This document shows positions 26,215-35,130 of a DNA stretch of 64,000 nucleotides, piece by piece. The stretch is from IMG/VR virus record IMGVR_UViG_3300010885_072825, positions 1 through 64,000 of that record. One strand, 5' to 3'. Source of the DNA: a virus. The notes under the pieces are model-generated. The model saw only the letters and a program-made list of their open reading frames with translations, ran no database searches and had not been told where the DNA came from. Within the stretch, counting starts at the first letter, position 1, and every line of letters begins with the position of its first letter. The position numbers and the translations under genes were made by a program.

Positions 26215-28554
26215 TTAGAGTTTACAAGCAAGACAATCTGAATCATCGTCTTCATAATCGGCAACTGGCAATGGGTGTGTAGTTTCAATTTGATCACTTT
26301 TGATACCAATTTTATTGGTGATATTATAGTAGAGTGTTTTTATTCCCCAATAGTGGGCCATCATTAGGTTCTTAGCAATTAACGTCGCTGGAATTTTACC
26401 ATTTTCAAAATATTTAGGTGAATAAAATGTGTTAGTGCTTATGCTTTGATCCACATAAGCAGCTAGTACCGCAGCAGTTTTTAGATATTCAATGCAATCA
26501 GGTTGATCCCACATTAGTTGATATCGGTTTTTCAATTTTTTATATTCTGGAACCACTTGAACAAATGCACCAGCTTTGCTTTCTTTGGTTGATATGAGTG
26601 CCATGGGAAGTTCAATTCCATTTGTACTGTTAATCGTAACACTAGAACTTTCTACTGGAGCGATTGCCATCAAAAGTGCATTCCTGACTCCATGAATCTT
26701 CATCCGTTCTCTAAGAGGTTCCCAATCAAGTATCGGGGTAAAGTCTGTTAGATCATCAACACCTCGGCTTCTTTTTTCCCAGGGAAATATTCCTTGTCCA
26801 TATGAAGTTCTATATCCAAGTTTACAAGGGCCTCGCTGTTCAGCTAGATCTATAGTAGCTTCAGTCAAATAATATGCTTGGTGTTCCATCCAACGTTTGA
26901 CTTCTGCCAGTGAAATATCACTTCCATATTTCAAATTGCGTTTGGCATGCCAGTATGCAAGATTTGTCACTCCAACACCAAGAGGTTCAAATTCTTCATT
27001 TGCTAATTTACTTTGGATACTTAAAAAGTCTTGATATCCCAGTATATTGCTCAAACTCCTGACTAGAATGCGACAGGCTTTTCGCATATCTTGGGGGTTT
27101 TTAAATTCTCCCCAATTCAAAGATCCGAGTGTGCATAAGGCTATTCTTCCATTTTCATCATCAATTCTATTAAAAGGTCTTCCTGCGATTAAGACCTCTT
27201 GACAAAGGTTGGATTGATATACTGTGTCTATCTTGCTATCAAACGTGCCCTGATTCATCACATTGTCAACATTCATAATATAAATTCGACCAGTATCTGT
27301 TCGTTCTTTTAACAGTCCATTCTTAATTACTTCTTCAGCACTCAAAACTTTTTTATCAATTGCTGGATTGTTTTCATATTCCACATAAAGCTTTTCAAAC
27401 AATGCCGTATCTTGATAAAATGCTTGATATAAGTCTGGAACATCATGTGGGTCGAACAATGTAATGTTACCACCTTCTTTGAATCGCCTCCAAAAGAAGG
27501 CATTCATAACTACACAATAATCAAATTGTCGGATACGTGTTTCTTCAGTGCCCTGATTGTTTTTTAGAACAATTAGATCTTCAAATTGTTTGTGCCAGAT
27601 TTGGAAATGTACAGTACAACTTGCATTTCTGATACCACCCTGAGAAACTGATCTCAAATCACCATACCATTTCTTTAGAAAGGGGATTAGGCCAGTGTGC
27701 TTGATTTCACCATTTCTAATTTGTGCTCCCAGTGATCTAATTCTACTGATGTCAAGGCCTATACCAGCTCGTTTGGCAGCATATTTGGCCATCATCTCAC
27801 CGGTCGCAAAAATACTGTCTACTGAATCATCACTGGCAATTAAAACACAGGATGAAAATTGTTTAGTAGTGGTCCCCAATCCAGCCAACACTGGGGTTGC
27901 CAACGTAAACTGCCCACTACTAGCACAATCATAATAATCCTTAACGTATTTTAGTCTCTTGCTGGGTTCTTCCATATGAAAAGCCGTTGCTGCTGCGACT
28001 GCATATCGGACTTGTGGGGTTTCATAAATTTTTCCAGTTGAACGATTTTGAACCAAATACTTTTCAGCTAGCTGAGCTATTGCAGCATATGAATAGGATT
28101 CATCTTTGTCATGATCAATGAATAGTTCAATGGTATCCCATTCCTGTTCAGTATACCATTCCAGCAATTCAGGGGTATACATTCCTGCTTCAATGTTCTT
28201 TTTTACAATATCATATAGACGAGGCGGTTGATACTGTCCATAGACTTCTTTTCGCAGCATAGATACTTTTTGTCGACCAGCCACATATTGATAATTCACG
28301 TTGTTTATTTCTGGATTTTCTGATTCATCTATCAAATCCACCATGGCTTTGAGAAGCAACCGGTCAATTGTCTGTGTGCTTATCCCGTCTTCTAATTGAA
28401 TTTGAGCTTTGATTTCAATCATACTGGGACTTACCCCATCAATGCCTTGACATCCAAATGCAACTTGTCTTTGAATTTTGCTAATATCTAATAATACTCT
28501 TTCGCCGTTTCTTTTAGTAACATAAATTTCTCTATTAGTATTAGCTGATTTCAT
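26215..28554 (-). CDS. nrdA: Ribonucleotide reductase class Ia alpha subunit
   Basis: ATP-cone VTKRNG, TPVLAG, QFSSCVL, SNLCQE, ALCTL, C-terminal CLACKL; start uncertain. Confidence 0.95.
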   Translation of the reverse strand: MKSANTNREIYVTKRNGERVLLDISKIQRQVAFGCQGIDGVSPSMIEIKAQIQLEDGISTQTIDRLLLKAMVDLIDESENPEINNVNYQYVAGRQKVSMLRKEVYGQYQPPRLYDIVKKNIEAGMYTPELLEWYTEQEWDTIELFIDHDKDESYSYAAIAQLAEKYLVQNRSTGKIYETPQVRYAVAAATAFHMEEPSKRLKYVKDYYDCASSGQFTLATPVLAGLGTTTKQFSSCVLIASDDSVDSIFATGEMMAKYAAKRAGIGLDISRIRSLGAQIRNGEIKHTGLIPFLKKWYGDLRSVSQGGIRNASCTVHFQIWHKQFEDLIVLKNNQGTEETRIRQFDYCVVMNAFFWRRFKEGGNITLFDPHDVPDLYQAFYQDTALFEKLYVEYENNPAIDKKVLSAEEVIKNGLLKERTDTGRIYIMNVDNVMNQGTFDSKIDTVYQSNLCQEVLIAGRPFNRIDDENGRIALCTLGSLNWGEFKNPQDMRKACRILVRSLSNILGYQDFLSIQSKLANEEFEPLGVGVTNLAYWHAKRNLKYGSDISLAEVKRWMEHQAYYLTEATIDLAEQRGPCKLGYRTSYGQGIFPWEKRSRGVDDLTDFTPILDWEPLRERMKIHGVRNALLMAIAPVESSSVTINSTNGIELPMALISTKESKAGAFVQVVPEYKKLKNRYQLMWDQPDCIEYLKTAAVLAAYVDQSISTNTFYSPKYFENGKIPATLIAKNLMMAHYWGIKTLYYNITNKIGIKSDQIETTHPLPVADYEDDDSDCLACKL

Positions 28555-28636
28555 TTTTCCTGTTCTCTCATGTTCAATAGGTAGAATATTTAATGGAGAA
28601 AAAAAATGATTCTCCAATAAGTTTATAATTATTTTG

Positions 28637-29095
28637 TCAAGCTATACGGTGCTGTCTATCAAAAAATACATAAGATTGATGTAATCTAAAATTGGCTGTT
28701 TCATTTGAAAATTCCAATATTTCCTGATATGGCAAGCAGGCCACATAACAATTATCTATTATAACTGCCAGTGATTGGAATGCGCTAGATTGATCTGATA
28801 TTAATGACAAATATATGCGGTTGGCCCACACAGTATCAGTAGCATACATCAAAGTATAGAAAATGGCTAATGCAACACTACTCTCATCATACTTGTTGGC
28901 AGCAATCATTTGCCAAGGGTCTGGCCAAGTTTCAGGCGCGTCCCAATCCAATTGTCTGGAACTCATGATAGGAACAGAACGCCAAAATTCAAACGTCTGT
29001 TCTAATTGTTCTTTTTCTGGCAACTGTGTTAGAGTTTTTCTAAATTGGCGCCATTCAGTCTGAATTGTGGCGGGGTCTAATAAAAATCTATTCAT
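28637..29095 (-). CDS. Conserved hypothetical phage protein
   Basis: W..FR..L...WPDPWQM pattern; co-oriented with neighbours. Confidence 0.6.
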   Translation of the reverse strand: MNRFLLDPATIQTEWRQFRKTLTQLPEKEQLEQTFEFWRSVPIMSSRQLDWDAPETWPDPWQMIAANKYDESSVALAIFYTLMYATDTVWANRIYLSLISDQSSAFQSLAVIIDNCYVACLPYQEILEFSNETANFRLHQSYVFFDRQHRIA

Positions 29096-29096
29096 A

Positions 29097-30605
29097 TCAA
29101 CTTACTCTTATCATTACTGCTGAACCAGATCGATAAAATTCACCAATTTGGACATTTCCTGCCGCGGCGGCTGTATCATCTGAAAAAGAACTGGTCTGTG
29201 CTAAACTATTGCTTATTATTTTGCCAAGTTGGTTTAAACTAATTACTACATTTGATCCAACTGTAAAATCCAAGCTGGCAGTTGAATTATTATATTTCAT
29301 AGTCACATTGCCAAGATTAGTGGCTCCAAATGTGTTTCCTTGTGCATCACCCGAATTAACAGCATTGAAATAAATTCTTTGATTTGCTGATAATACGATG
29401 GCAGCTTGATTTATATCCAGTGTGGCACCAGTTGCATCCCACAACTTGGACCAATTACCAACTGGATTATAAGCCACGTCAGAAGGCACCAATCCAGTAC
29501 TAGCGGGACGATCATGCACCCAATGTTTTGATAAGCTAGCTATCGCAACATTTCTGTTATAATTAGTTTGATTGCCTACCACAGAAATATCAAAATTTTG
29601 ATCTACAAAATTAATTGTTGATCCAGCTAGCTGAATATTTGAAATTGCAGCAACTAAATTGGCCTGCATAATTTGTGTTTTGGGTAATGCATCAACATAT
29701 GTTGCATTAGTATTTGTGCTGGTCTGTGTTCCAGTGACGTTCCAAACAGACAAATCACCCTGTCCAGAATGCCATGTCCTAATGAAATTTGCTGCTGCAA
29801 AAGTTCTGCCATTTATTGTTGTGTTAGCGGCCACATTGATACCGCCTGCATAATCATAAACTTGTCCAGTCATTGCTGCTGTATCAAGAGTCCTATTATA
29901 TGTAGCAGTCTGTCCGACTAAATTTCCAACCCTGACATATTGAGTGGATATAGCTCGGTCCCAACCTTGATCGAAATATTGATTGGTATTTTGTGTAGTG
30001 TCGGTTACTTCAGACGTGATAATCGATCTGTTTCTAGCTTGTCCAAATCCGCCTAGAACTACTTGTCCAGGACCCCAGAAAGCAGTTTGTACTACCGCAT
30101 TAGCAGACAGTGCCGTAACATAACGTCCCTGTGGCACAAAAACAGTTTCAGCAGCTTGTTCAGCATATTGCACAGCAATGGTGTTGTCTGTTGTGCCATC
30201 ACCTAAGGCGGACCAATCTTTTAAACTGGGTATATCATGCAATTTATCTTGTTGTGTTCTTAGTTGTCCACCAGTTTCTGGTGCTAAATAATTTGTGATC
30301 ACGCCCGTGGTTGTGCCAGTCACCACTAAATTAGAGATAACAACATTGGAATTGCCAATTGATGTGATATTGATGTTTTGATCGGGAAGGGTGCCAACAA
30401 TAGATTGGTTGGTTATGTTTAGCGCACCAGTTGTATCACTATATTGAGTGAGTAATTCGGTGTTTCCTCCGAATCCCGGTCCATTACCAATAAACAGTTG
30501 ACGAGTATCCAAGCAAAAACCCAGCTCGCCTTCATGTAAATTATTGGGAAGATCTGTTCTGAGTCCGCGACGAACTTGAACACGTGAAATAGAAACAATA
30601 GCCAT
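29097..30605 (-). CDS. Tail fibre/tailspike-like virion protein
   Basis: N-terminal ISRVQVRRG...LP..L.EGELG...DT..LFIG, then RTQQDKL.D.PSLKDW.A.GDG.TDNT tailspike-head motif; late promoter upstream. Confidence 0.7.
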   Translation of the reverse strand: MAIVSISRVQVRRGLRTDLPNNLHEGELGFCLDTRQLFIGNGPGFGGNTELLTQYSDTTGALNITNQSIVGTLPDQNINITSIGNSNVVISNLVVTGTTTGVITNYLAPETGGQLRTQQDKLHDIPSLKDWSALGDGTTDNTIAVQYAEQAAETVFVPQGRYVTALSANAVVQTAFWGPGQVVLGGFGQARNRSIITSEVTDTTQNTNQYFDQGWDRAISTQYVRVGNLVGQTATYNRTLDTAAMTGQVYDYAGGINVAANTTINGRTFAAANFIRTWHSGQGDLSVWNVTGTQTSTNTNATYVDALPKTQIMQANLVAAISNIQLAGSTINFVDQNFDISVVGNQTNYNRNVAIASLSKHWVHDRPASTGLVPSDVAYNPVGNWSKLWDATGATLDINQAAIVLSANQRIYFNAVNSGDAQGNTFGATNLGNVTMKYNNSTASLDFTVGSNVVISLNQLGKIISNSLAQTSSFSDDTAAAAGNVQIGEFYRSGSAVMIRVS

Positions 30606-30634
30606 TCAATATCCTTTGTATCGGATATTTATGC

Positions 30635-30880
30635 TTATTTTGTCTTGTTGATCAAATGTTGGCAGCTGATGATGAAAAGAATTTGATCTTCTTTGTTTTT
30701 AAAATTAACTTGGTCCCATGCTTTGGAAATAAAGCAGAGTCCACGAACTCCAAACGTTTGATAAGTTGATATATTGTTTCTGGAAAGCCAGCCATGCAGC
30801 AACTGTCTTTCACCACTAGCAACAGTTAATCGACCTTTTAATTTCACTGCATGTGGATATGCCTCCAATGGAGTTTTCAT
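30635..30880 (-). CDS. Hypothetical protein
   Basis: 81-aa ORF overlapping the upstream stop codon. Confidence 0.55.
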   Translation of the reverse strand: MKTPLEAYPHAVKLKGRLTVASGERQLLHGWLSRNNISTYQTFGVRGLCFISKAWDQVNFKNKEDQILFIISCQHLINKTK

Positions 30881-31878
30881 TGCTGACGCTTCTTTTCTAC
30901 TCGGACCTGGAATGCTTCACTCAATCGACGCCAACCATTAGGACTTGTCTTAACAAACTGTGCGAGTTGAAGAACAGTTCTCAAACTGAAACTGCGAAAA
31001 TCTGCATTACGTTCATGTACATAATCCAGCAAGTCTTGAATCTGTCGATCCGTCAGATCAAAACTATCGAGTAATCCATGTTTTTCCACCATGCTCTTAA
31101 TCCGGCACCAAATTTCTCGTCGAGTATGCAGCGTTAATGACAAGTAGAGACTCCTATCCATCAGCGCTGAAAGATGCTTGGCAATTCCCGCTCGATCTTT
31201 GTCAATGATCTTTTGAAAATCACAGTTGGTAATGAAAATAATCTGACCTTCAAATTCAAAACTCTTGGGAAGTCCCAGGTCAATCACTGAATCCGAATGA
31301 TAGCTGATAATGCGAGGATTGTTCCCACTTTCTAGAGCTGCCTTCAACAAATTAACTGAATTTGAATCATAGAGAATTTGATCACTGTCATCCAGGATGA
31401 GCACTGAATTCAATTCCTTATTTTCAAAAAGTGTTTGATAGAGTTGGTATGCAGAAACAATACTACCCGTTACCTTGGTGTATTCCAGGCCATTTTGATG
31501 TTTTTCTTTTTCCAAAATCTTTGTAATACCAGCGCTTTTGCCTATACCAGGGGCGCCGCTGACAATAAGTGATCGGACATCACCCTGGGCCACACTGTGA
31601 GTAATTTCTTCTAAGATTGCGAATCGATCTTCAATTCTGGCAATGATAGCTTCATCCGTTTCAAGTTCTTCCGGAGTAGCATTTGATTCAGTTGCATGAT
31701 ATTCAATTGATTGTTCATTGGGAATTGAAACTCGAATCACTCCCATGCCAGGAATTTCAAAATTGCCATACCATCCTTTGGCACCCAATTTAATTGGACG
31801 TAGCAGCCGACATTTAACATCTTCAATTGATTGATTTCGATATCGTCCCGATAGAATGGTAACTTCCTGCATTGACAT
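30877..31878 (-). CDS. P-loop (AAA-like) ATPase
   Basis: Walker A GAPGIGKS, Walker B LILDDSD, IIFITN. Confidence 0.85.
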   Translation of the reverse strand: MSMQEVTILSGRYRNQSIEDVKCRLLRPIKLGAKGWYGNFEIPGMGVIRVSIPNEQSIEYHATESNATPEELETDEAIIARIEDRFAILEEITHSVAQGDVRSLIVSGAPGIGKSAGITKILEKEKHQNGLEYTKVTGSIVSAYQLYQTLFENKELNSVLILDDSDQILYDSNSVNLLKAALESGNNPRIISYHSDSVIDLGLPKSFEFEGQIIFITNCDFQKIIDKDRAGIAKHLSALMDRSLYLSLTLHTRREIWCRIKSMVEKHGLLDSFDLTDRQIQDLLDYVHERNADFRSFSLRTVLQLAQFVKTSPNGWRRLSEAFQVRVEKKRQQ

Positions 31879-31957
31879 GTTCTCCTATTGCTTGATTCTA
31901 ATCGGTGAAAATTGACTTGTCAATCACCGAAATTATAACATTTTTGTAAATAAGTTA

Positions 31958-32149
31958 ATGAAGGAGGTTCCTATGATTATATCAAACCAAACCCCAATCA
32001 CAGAAATTGATATTCTCAAGATGAATGTCAATACTCTGGAACAGCAGCTTCGGTCTGCTTACATGAGAATCAACGAACTTCGTGTTGAAGTTGAATCATA
32101 TAAGCGGACCAAAAAGAAGTCTGTTCAAAAATTACCATCTGCTAGTTGA
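31958..32149 (+). CDS. Small coiled-coil protein
   Basis: 63-aa ORF; AAGGAGG RBS before the second Met. Confidence 0.55.
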   Translation: MKEVPMIISNQTPITEIDILKMNVNTLEQQLRSAYMRINELRVEVESYKRTKKKSVQKLPSAS

Positions 32150-32598
32150 AGACAACGGAGTCCAGCAGATCTCCAAAATGAAACTACTTGGTTTCTGTCG
32201 TCAAAAGCCATAGTAGGATCAAATCCATCTGCTCGCATTTTTTCCAAAATTTCTGCTTTAATAACATGGTCTGGTCGATAATCTCGAGCCGGCCGCATAT
32301 ACAGTCGCTCATAGACGAATCCATTATCTGCTAGCCAATCTTCAGTTACTTGTCGTTGTTCTTCTCCGCGACCAGACGCAAACAGCATGGTAACGCCCAT
32401 CTGTCGAATTACGTTATAAAGCCAAAGCACGTCTGGATAGACTGTGTCTAGATGCATAGTATTGTTGAATGCACCCCAATTCTTGTTACCATCTCGAACA
32501 TAATGGCGGCGGTGACTGATGTTTGCTACTGTACCATCAATATCGAAGATGACGGCGGTTGGAATTCCCAGAACTGGCGTTTCAATATTTTCAGTCAT
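32125..32598 (-). CDS. HAD-family phosphatase like the 3'-phosphatase domain of T4 PNK
   Basis: IFDIDGT, ASGR, L.MR...D.RPD..IK and FDDR..V motifs. Confidence 0.88.
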   Translation of the reverse strand: MTENIETPVLGIPTAVIFDIDGTVANISHRRHYVRDGNKNWGAFNNTMHLDTVYPDVLWLYNVIRQMGVTMLFASGRGEEQRQVTEDWLADNGFVYERLYMRPARDYRPDHVIKAEILEKMRADGFDPTMAFDDRNQVVSFWRSAGLRCLQLADGNF

Positions 32599-32651
32599 TT
32601 TTCTTTTCCTACGATAAATTTCTTATACAAGTATCAAGTTGATAAGTCAAC

Positions 32652-32676
32652 AAAAAAGGGCCTTTCGGCCCTCTTT
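32652..32676. terminator. Intrinsic terminator
   Basis: AAAAAAGGGCC-TTTC-GGCCCTCTTT. Confidence 0.75.
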
Positions 32677-32695
32677 GAAGACCTGTATTGGTTGA

Positions 32696-32788
32696 TCAAA
32701 TTCGAACAAATGCTACTAGCATGGATGCCATCAGGATCCAAAACATCGTCCAACCTGCTTTGTTGATCATTTCATATTGATGTTTCAT
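32696..32788 (-). CDS. 30-aa single-transmembrane peptide
   Basis: MKHQYEMINKAGWTMFWILMASMLVAFVRI*; AAAGGAG RBS; late box upstream and terminator downstream. Confidence 0.6.
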   Translation of the reverse strand: MKHQYEMINKAGWTMFWILMASMLVAFVRI

Positions 32789-32934
32789 CGCTATCTCCTT
32801 TCCAAAAAAATATGCAACAAATCGCTTTGCTGCACTACAAACTTATTTATATAGAAATGCTTCTGAAAAAGCTACCACATAATCAATTTTTACAAAAAAT
32901 TCATTTTTCTTGCATTGATTAGTTAACGGAAGTA

Positions 32935-33633
32935 TCAGACCTTGTAAAATTGTGCTATTCGGTCCCACATCTTTTGTTCATACAATCGCCAATCAGACCC
33001 TTCAATCACAAATTCCAAATATTGTGGTTTTGATTGGAGTGTATCTGGTTGCACACACATCATGATCACACCGGTTTCAATTTTTGTTCCAAACATCTTG
33101 TTATGTGCGGTTCCATAAAACACTTCTTGTATGAAGTAGTCGTCAATCCATTCTCGCTTTTTAACTTTGTTGGATTGTTTGTAGTCAATAATAGCAGGAC
33201 GATTTTTCCAAACGCCTACTCCATCAGTTGTGCCAGCGTATAATTCACTGTAATACAAAGCAGTTTCAATACCCCAGAATTCAGAAACATTGGATAATCC
33301 ATGCTCAATAATTTCATTATGCATCAACCAACTGGGTATCGCCATGGGATTGGTTGGTCGAGGATCTGGTTTTCCCAATACCCAATTTTCCAAATATTTG
33401 TGCATTCGAGTACCGCGTGAACTGGATTCTTCTGAAATAGTCTGTGCTTTTTTATCACCAACTCGTTTACGCCAATTGTCTAAAGATTGTTTACTGTCTA
33501 ATGACTTGGTACTGTCCAATATAGTAGTAACAGATGATAATAATTGTCCACATGGTGTTTGATAAGTTCTATGCCCATCTACTTCAACTCTGGACATGGG
33601 CAAATATTCAAATCGATTAGTAAGTGGGATCAT
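32935..33633 (-). CDS. PD-(D/E)XK exonuclease (Cas4/MGME1-like)
   Basis: SVTTIL, L..WR.RVG, RGT.MH..LE, YAGTTD, IIDYKQS and YF.Q...Y motifs. Confidence 0.88.
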   Translation of the reverse strand: MIPLTNRFEYLPMSRVEVDGHRTYQTPCGQLLSSVTTILDSTKSLDSKQSLDNWRKRVGDKKAQTISEESSSRGTRMHKYLENWVLGKPDPRPTNPMAIPSWLMHNEIIEHGLSNVSEFWGIETALYYSELYAGTTDGVGVWKNRPAIIDYKQSNKVKKREWIDDYFIQEVFYGTAHNKMFGTKIETGVIMMCVQPDTLQSKPQYLEFVIEGSDWRLYEQKMWDRIAQFYKV

Positions 33634-33651
33634 ATGCCAGTCTATTGAATT

Positions 33652-34158
33652 TCAAATCAAAGATGCTACTCTATTGCGTTCCAATAATTGGAATTCTTGA
33701 TAATTGGCAATTTTTATAAATTGACTGTTTGCCAAAACTTGTTTCAATGTGATTAAATCAATCGTTGTTTTTACAGATTGAAAATATATTTGATTTTCTT
33801 CAGAATCATTAATAAAATAAACAACAGGCTTTAACTCCACTTCAGACCCTGAACGCCCTGATTTTAACCAAACACTGTCGAGTCCCATGTACTGATATAT
33901 GGAAACTATACCATTGACAATGCTTGGTTTTTTATTTGAATTTCGTTGTTGCATTAAGTCTGCTATCTTTTCAGCAATTGATGCTTTACCGTCACCAAAC
34001 TCTTTAATTAAGAGCAGCCCACTAATCGTATCTGCTTTTTCTGGAAGTGCTTTTATTTCATCAACTGTCATGGTTCGACTGTTTTTCACTAATTCAATTA
34101 TTCGGGGTTTTTTTGAAGCCAGCAGCAATTGATCTGGACCATAGAGACTGCTTCGCAT
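33652..34158 (-). CDS. Hypothetical protein
   Basis: 168-aa ORF within a tightly packed operon. Confidence 0.55.
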   Translation of the reverse strand: MRSSLYGPDQLLLASKKPRIIELVKNSRTMTVDEIKALPEKADTISGLLLIKEFGDGKASIAEKIADLMQQRNSNKKPSIVNGIVSIYQYMGLDSVWLKSGRSGSEVELKPVVYFINDSEENQIYFQSVKTTIDLITLKQVLANSQFIKIANYQEFQLLERNRVASLI

Positions 34159-34162
34159 CAGC

Positions 34163-34789
34163 TCACCAATTGACCTGCCAGTTGAAAGTGTTTCCAGTAT
34201 TGGTATTTGTAACTCGGTTTATATTATATCCCAAATTAGTGAAGTAATTTATTACTGTGGCCATTTGATCTTGATAGGGAGCAGTCAAATTTGTATTACT
34301 AGCTGGCATGTTTTGCCAAACATTAAAATAGTCAGTGGCTGTATTCCAAGTAGTGATCAACAAATTACCTGTGCCAGGATTTGTAATATCAATGGGAGTT
34401 GGTATGCCGGCGGTGGAATTTTCCAAACTAGCGGCCAGTTTAATATTGTTGGGATCCTGATAAATGGTCCAGTAAATCGTATTTGACGTTAGTGGTGTCG
34501 CAATATTGCCTGTCCCAGTAACTGTAATTGGTGTACCAGCAGGTAGTTCATGATTAGTGATTGTAAATGAATTTGTAGATGTATTAATATTGGCATTTGA
34601 AACCGCAAATACTTGGTTAACCGTTGAAGTCATAATAGTTGTATTGGTCACTGTTGCAGAGTAATATCCTAATTTAACTGAATCAAGAACTGCTTCTTCA
34701 ATAGTCCTGGCTTCTGAATGAATTATTTGATCCTTAACAGCATTGGTTCTAGCTTCAGTCGCAGTAATAAAGATTGTATTCCCACTCAA
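34163..34789 (-). CDS. Putative virion structural protein
   Basis: Thr/Asn-rich; H.L..G..IT...L...YW.I..D.N.IKLA.S beta motif. Confidence 0.6.
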   Translation of the reverse strand: MSGNTIFITATEARTNAVKDQIIHSEARTIEEAVLDSVKLGYYSATVTNTTIMTSTVNQVFAVSNANINTSTNSFTITNHELPAGTPITVTGTGNIATPLTSNTIYWTIYQDPNNIKLAASLENSTAGIPTPIDITNPGTGNLLITTWNTATDYFNVWQNMPASNTNLTAPYQDQMATVINYFTNLGYNINRVTNTNTGNTFNWQVNW

Positions 34790-35130
34790 AATAGACTCCT
34801 ATCTTTTTTTGCTGCTCGACTTGCCATGTTCATCACATGTTCAACATCATCAACTTCTTTGTCTCGTGGTTGGTCTTCAAAACTGGTTTCTTCTTCGGGT
34901 GTTAGATAAACTGTTTCATCATCCATGTGATCAACAATGGGCAAATCTTCAAGTATGTCATATACAGTTGCTGCATCAACATCCACATGAATATCAATCA
35001 ATCCTTGTATGATATCTTGAATAGGCACAGAATTTTTATCAGTTGCTTTATAAACTACCAATTGATTTATGATTTCTTCTTTGACGTGATCTTCATATTC
35101 TGATTCACATAGCAAGTCTCGATATCTCAT
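34786..35130 (-). CDS. Acidic putative head-associated protein
   Basis: N-terminus MRYRDLLCESE. Confidence 0.55.
   Translation of the reverse strand: MRYRDLLCESEYEDHVKEEIINQLVVYKATDKNSVPIQDIIQGLIDIHVDVDAATVYDILEDLPIVDHMDDETVYLTPEEETSFEDQPRDKEVDDVEHVMNMASRAAKKDRSLF

Noticed and set aside
32935-33633. Cas4-like nuclease as evidence of a CRISPR-Cas locus
   Set aside because: No cas1, cas2 or array nearby; stand-alone PD-(D/E)XK exonucleases are routine in T4-like phages.
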